Shown in pieces: positions 62,401 through 64,000 of a stretch of 64,000 bases of DNA. This DNA is from the human T2T-CHM13v2.0 reference genome, Homo sapiens: the NCBI RefSeq assembly GCF_009914755.1, contig NC_060929.1. One strand, 5' to 3'. The number at the start of each line of letters is the position of its first letter. Position 1 is the first letter of the stretch. Under the pieces are notes generated by a model. The model had not been told where the DNA came from. It did not search any database and worked only from the letters and a program-made list of their open reading frames with translations. A program made the translations under genes and the position numbers.

Positions 62401-63211
62401 GGACTGCTTACATATAGTTACGGAGAGAAAATAGGAGAGTCACTGTAAGAACACTCATTTGGAAATGGGGAGAAGAGGAAGCCCTGGCCTTAAAGTGGGT
62501 TCCATGGTGAGTCACTGCTTCCCCAGGTTCTCCTCTGTGATCATCAGCTTACCCATTGTCTTCCATGGCTGCATGTAAGGATTCCCATTCTGGGGGCGCA
62601 CGTTTGCTGTAGGCTGAGGGGTCTGAGGACTACTCTAGAGAAGTCTCAAAAGCTTGTTGCCAGGCTAGAGGTTTCTGTGGCAACACCCTTAACTAGCCAG
62701 CTACTTGTTGATCTGACTTTGGGTATTGTAGGACTGGTGAGCAATTCCAGCAACCTTGGAAATCTGATCCTTGATCTGAACTCTGCTCTTTTTTTTTTTC
62801 TCTTAGCACCAACACAGCCTATTTTCTAGTTCTCAGTTTACTGGCTGCAATGGTCTGGCAGAGATTCTCTTTCCTGCTCCAATACTTTATGATGGTCATA
62901 ATGCCTCCTGTGGAATTGCAATTTAGGCAAAGTCACATTCTAAAGTCATCACAGGAAGTCATCATTGCACTTGAAAATCACTTACCACTTCCAAACCACA
63001 CAGTTCTGTTTCTCAATGAGTCTAGTACAGTTAGGTTTTCCTTCCATTATTTCTTAAGTTGTGTACCAGCTGAAACAGCTGGCTTGCAGTTAGGACAATG
63101 TTGTTCAAATATTACATAAATACTAGGATCCCACAGTGAGGGAGCCAACACCAGTGGCAGGAATGACAGGTTCATCTCATACCACTTTTTTCTTCATGAC
63201 AAACGGAATGA

Positions 63212-63445
<234 letters not shown>

Positions 63446-64000
63446 TAGTTACCACCACCACCACCACTCTCCAACAGAACGTGTATAATTCAGTCCAATA
63501 CATGCATGTTGCAACTCCACCAGATTGCTTTTGCCCAGAAGGGTATGCATAAGAGGAGGGGCTTAGAAGGGGATGATCAGGGGTCTCCTGGTTCTCAGGC
63601 TCCTCCCGATCCCCATCGCGTCCATGGTTTTAGAATCTACCCTTTGCTCCTGTGGATCAAGACTGAGAGTTGGGATTTTTAAATGCTGAGAGGGCTTTGA
63701 TTGTTTAATCTCATCCAGTCATGTTTGCTAGCTGCGGAAGAGCGAGTTTCTTTTAGCAAAATCACCTGTTGTCTCCTTTCTACTTTCACAAGGGCCAGCC
63801 TAGCTAGAAGTTTAACCATTTCTTACAGAAAACTTGGTGAAATCTCCAGAAATAGCCAAGTGCATGTCAAGCTATCATGTTCCAAAAGTTTAAAACATAA
63901 GTATACAAATAGAGTAAATAAGTCAAAGATTATGTTCAACTCATTGGTCAGAGAACCAATAGGCAAAAGTGGTTCAAAGGAGAATGAAAGGAATAGGATG

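Overview
Primate (very likely human) genomic DNA containing the 3' two-thirds of SLC12A2 (NKCC1, the bumetanide-sensitive Na-K-2Cl cotransporter) on the + strand. I traced 23 coding exons by hand: the 3' end of exon 5 and complete exons 6-27. They splice in frame from Y383 to the C-terminal ...VLTFYS-stop (TAA at 55467-55469). Exon and residue numbers follow my recollection of the canonical 27-exon, 1212-aa isoform, and the exon lengths measured here fit it. A ~3 kb 3'UTR (distal poly(A) signal ~58488) and ~5.5 kb of downstream sequence follow. Introns are AT-rich and full of Alu, L1, L2, MIR, MST LTR and DNA-transposon fossils; family names are from recalled consensus sequences and boundaries are approximate. 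Almost all ORFs in the supplied track are repeat-derived or spurious. I found no convincing new gene or biological system. The most interesting signals are regulatory: the non-canonical GC donor of alternative exon 21, a re-splicing-competent 5' splice site at the exon 10/11 junction, an inverted L1 pair beside exon 16, repeated miR-101/144-type seed sites, poly(A) hexamers overlapping miR-137 seeds, and several local duplication or inversion scars.
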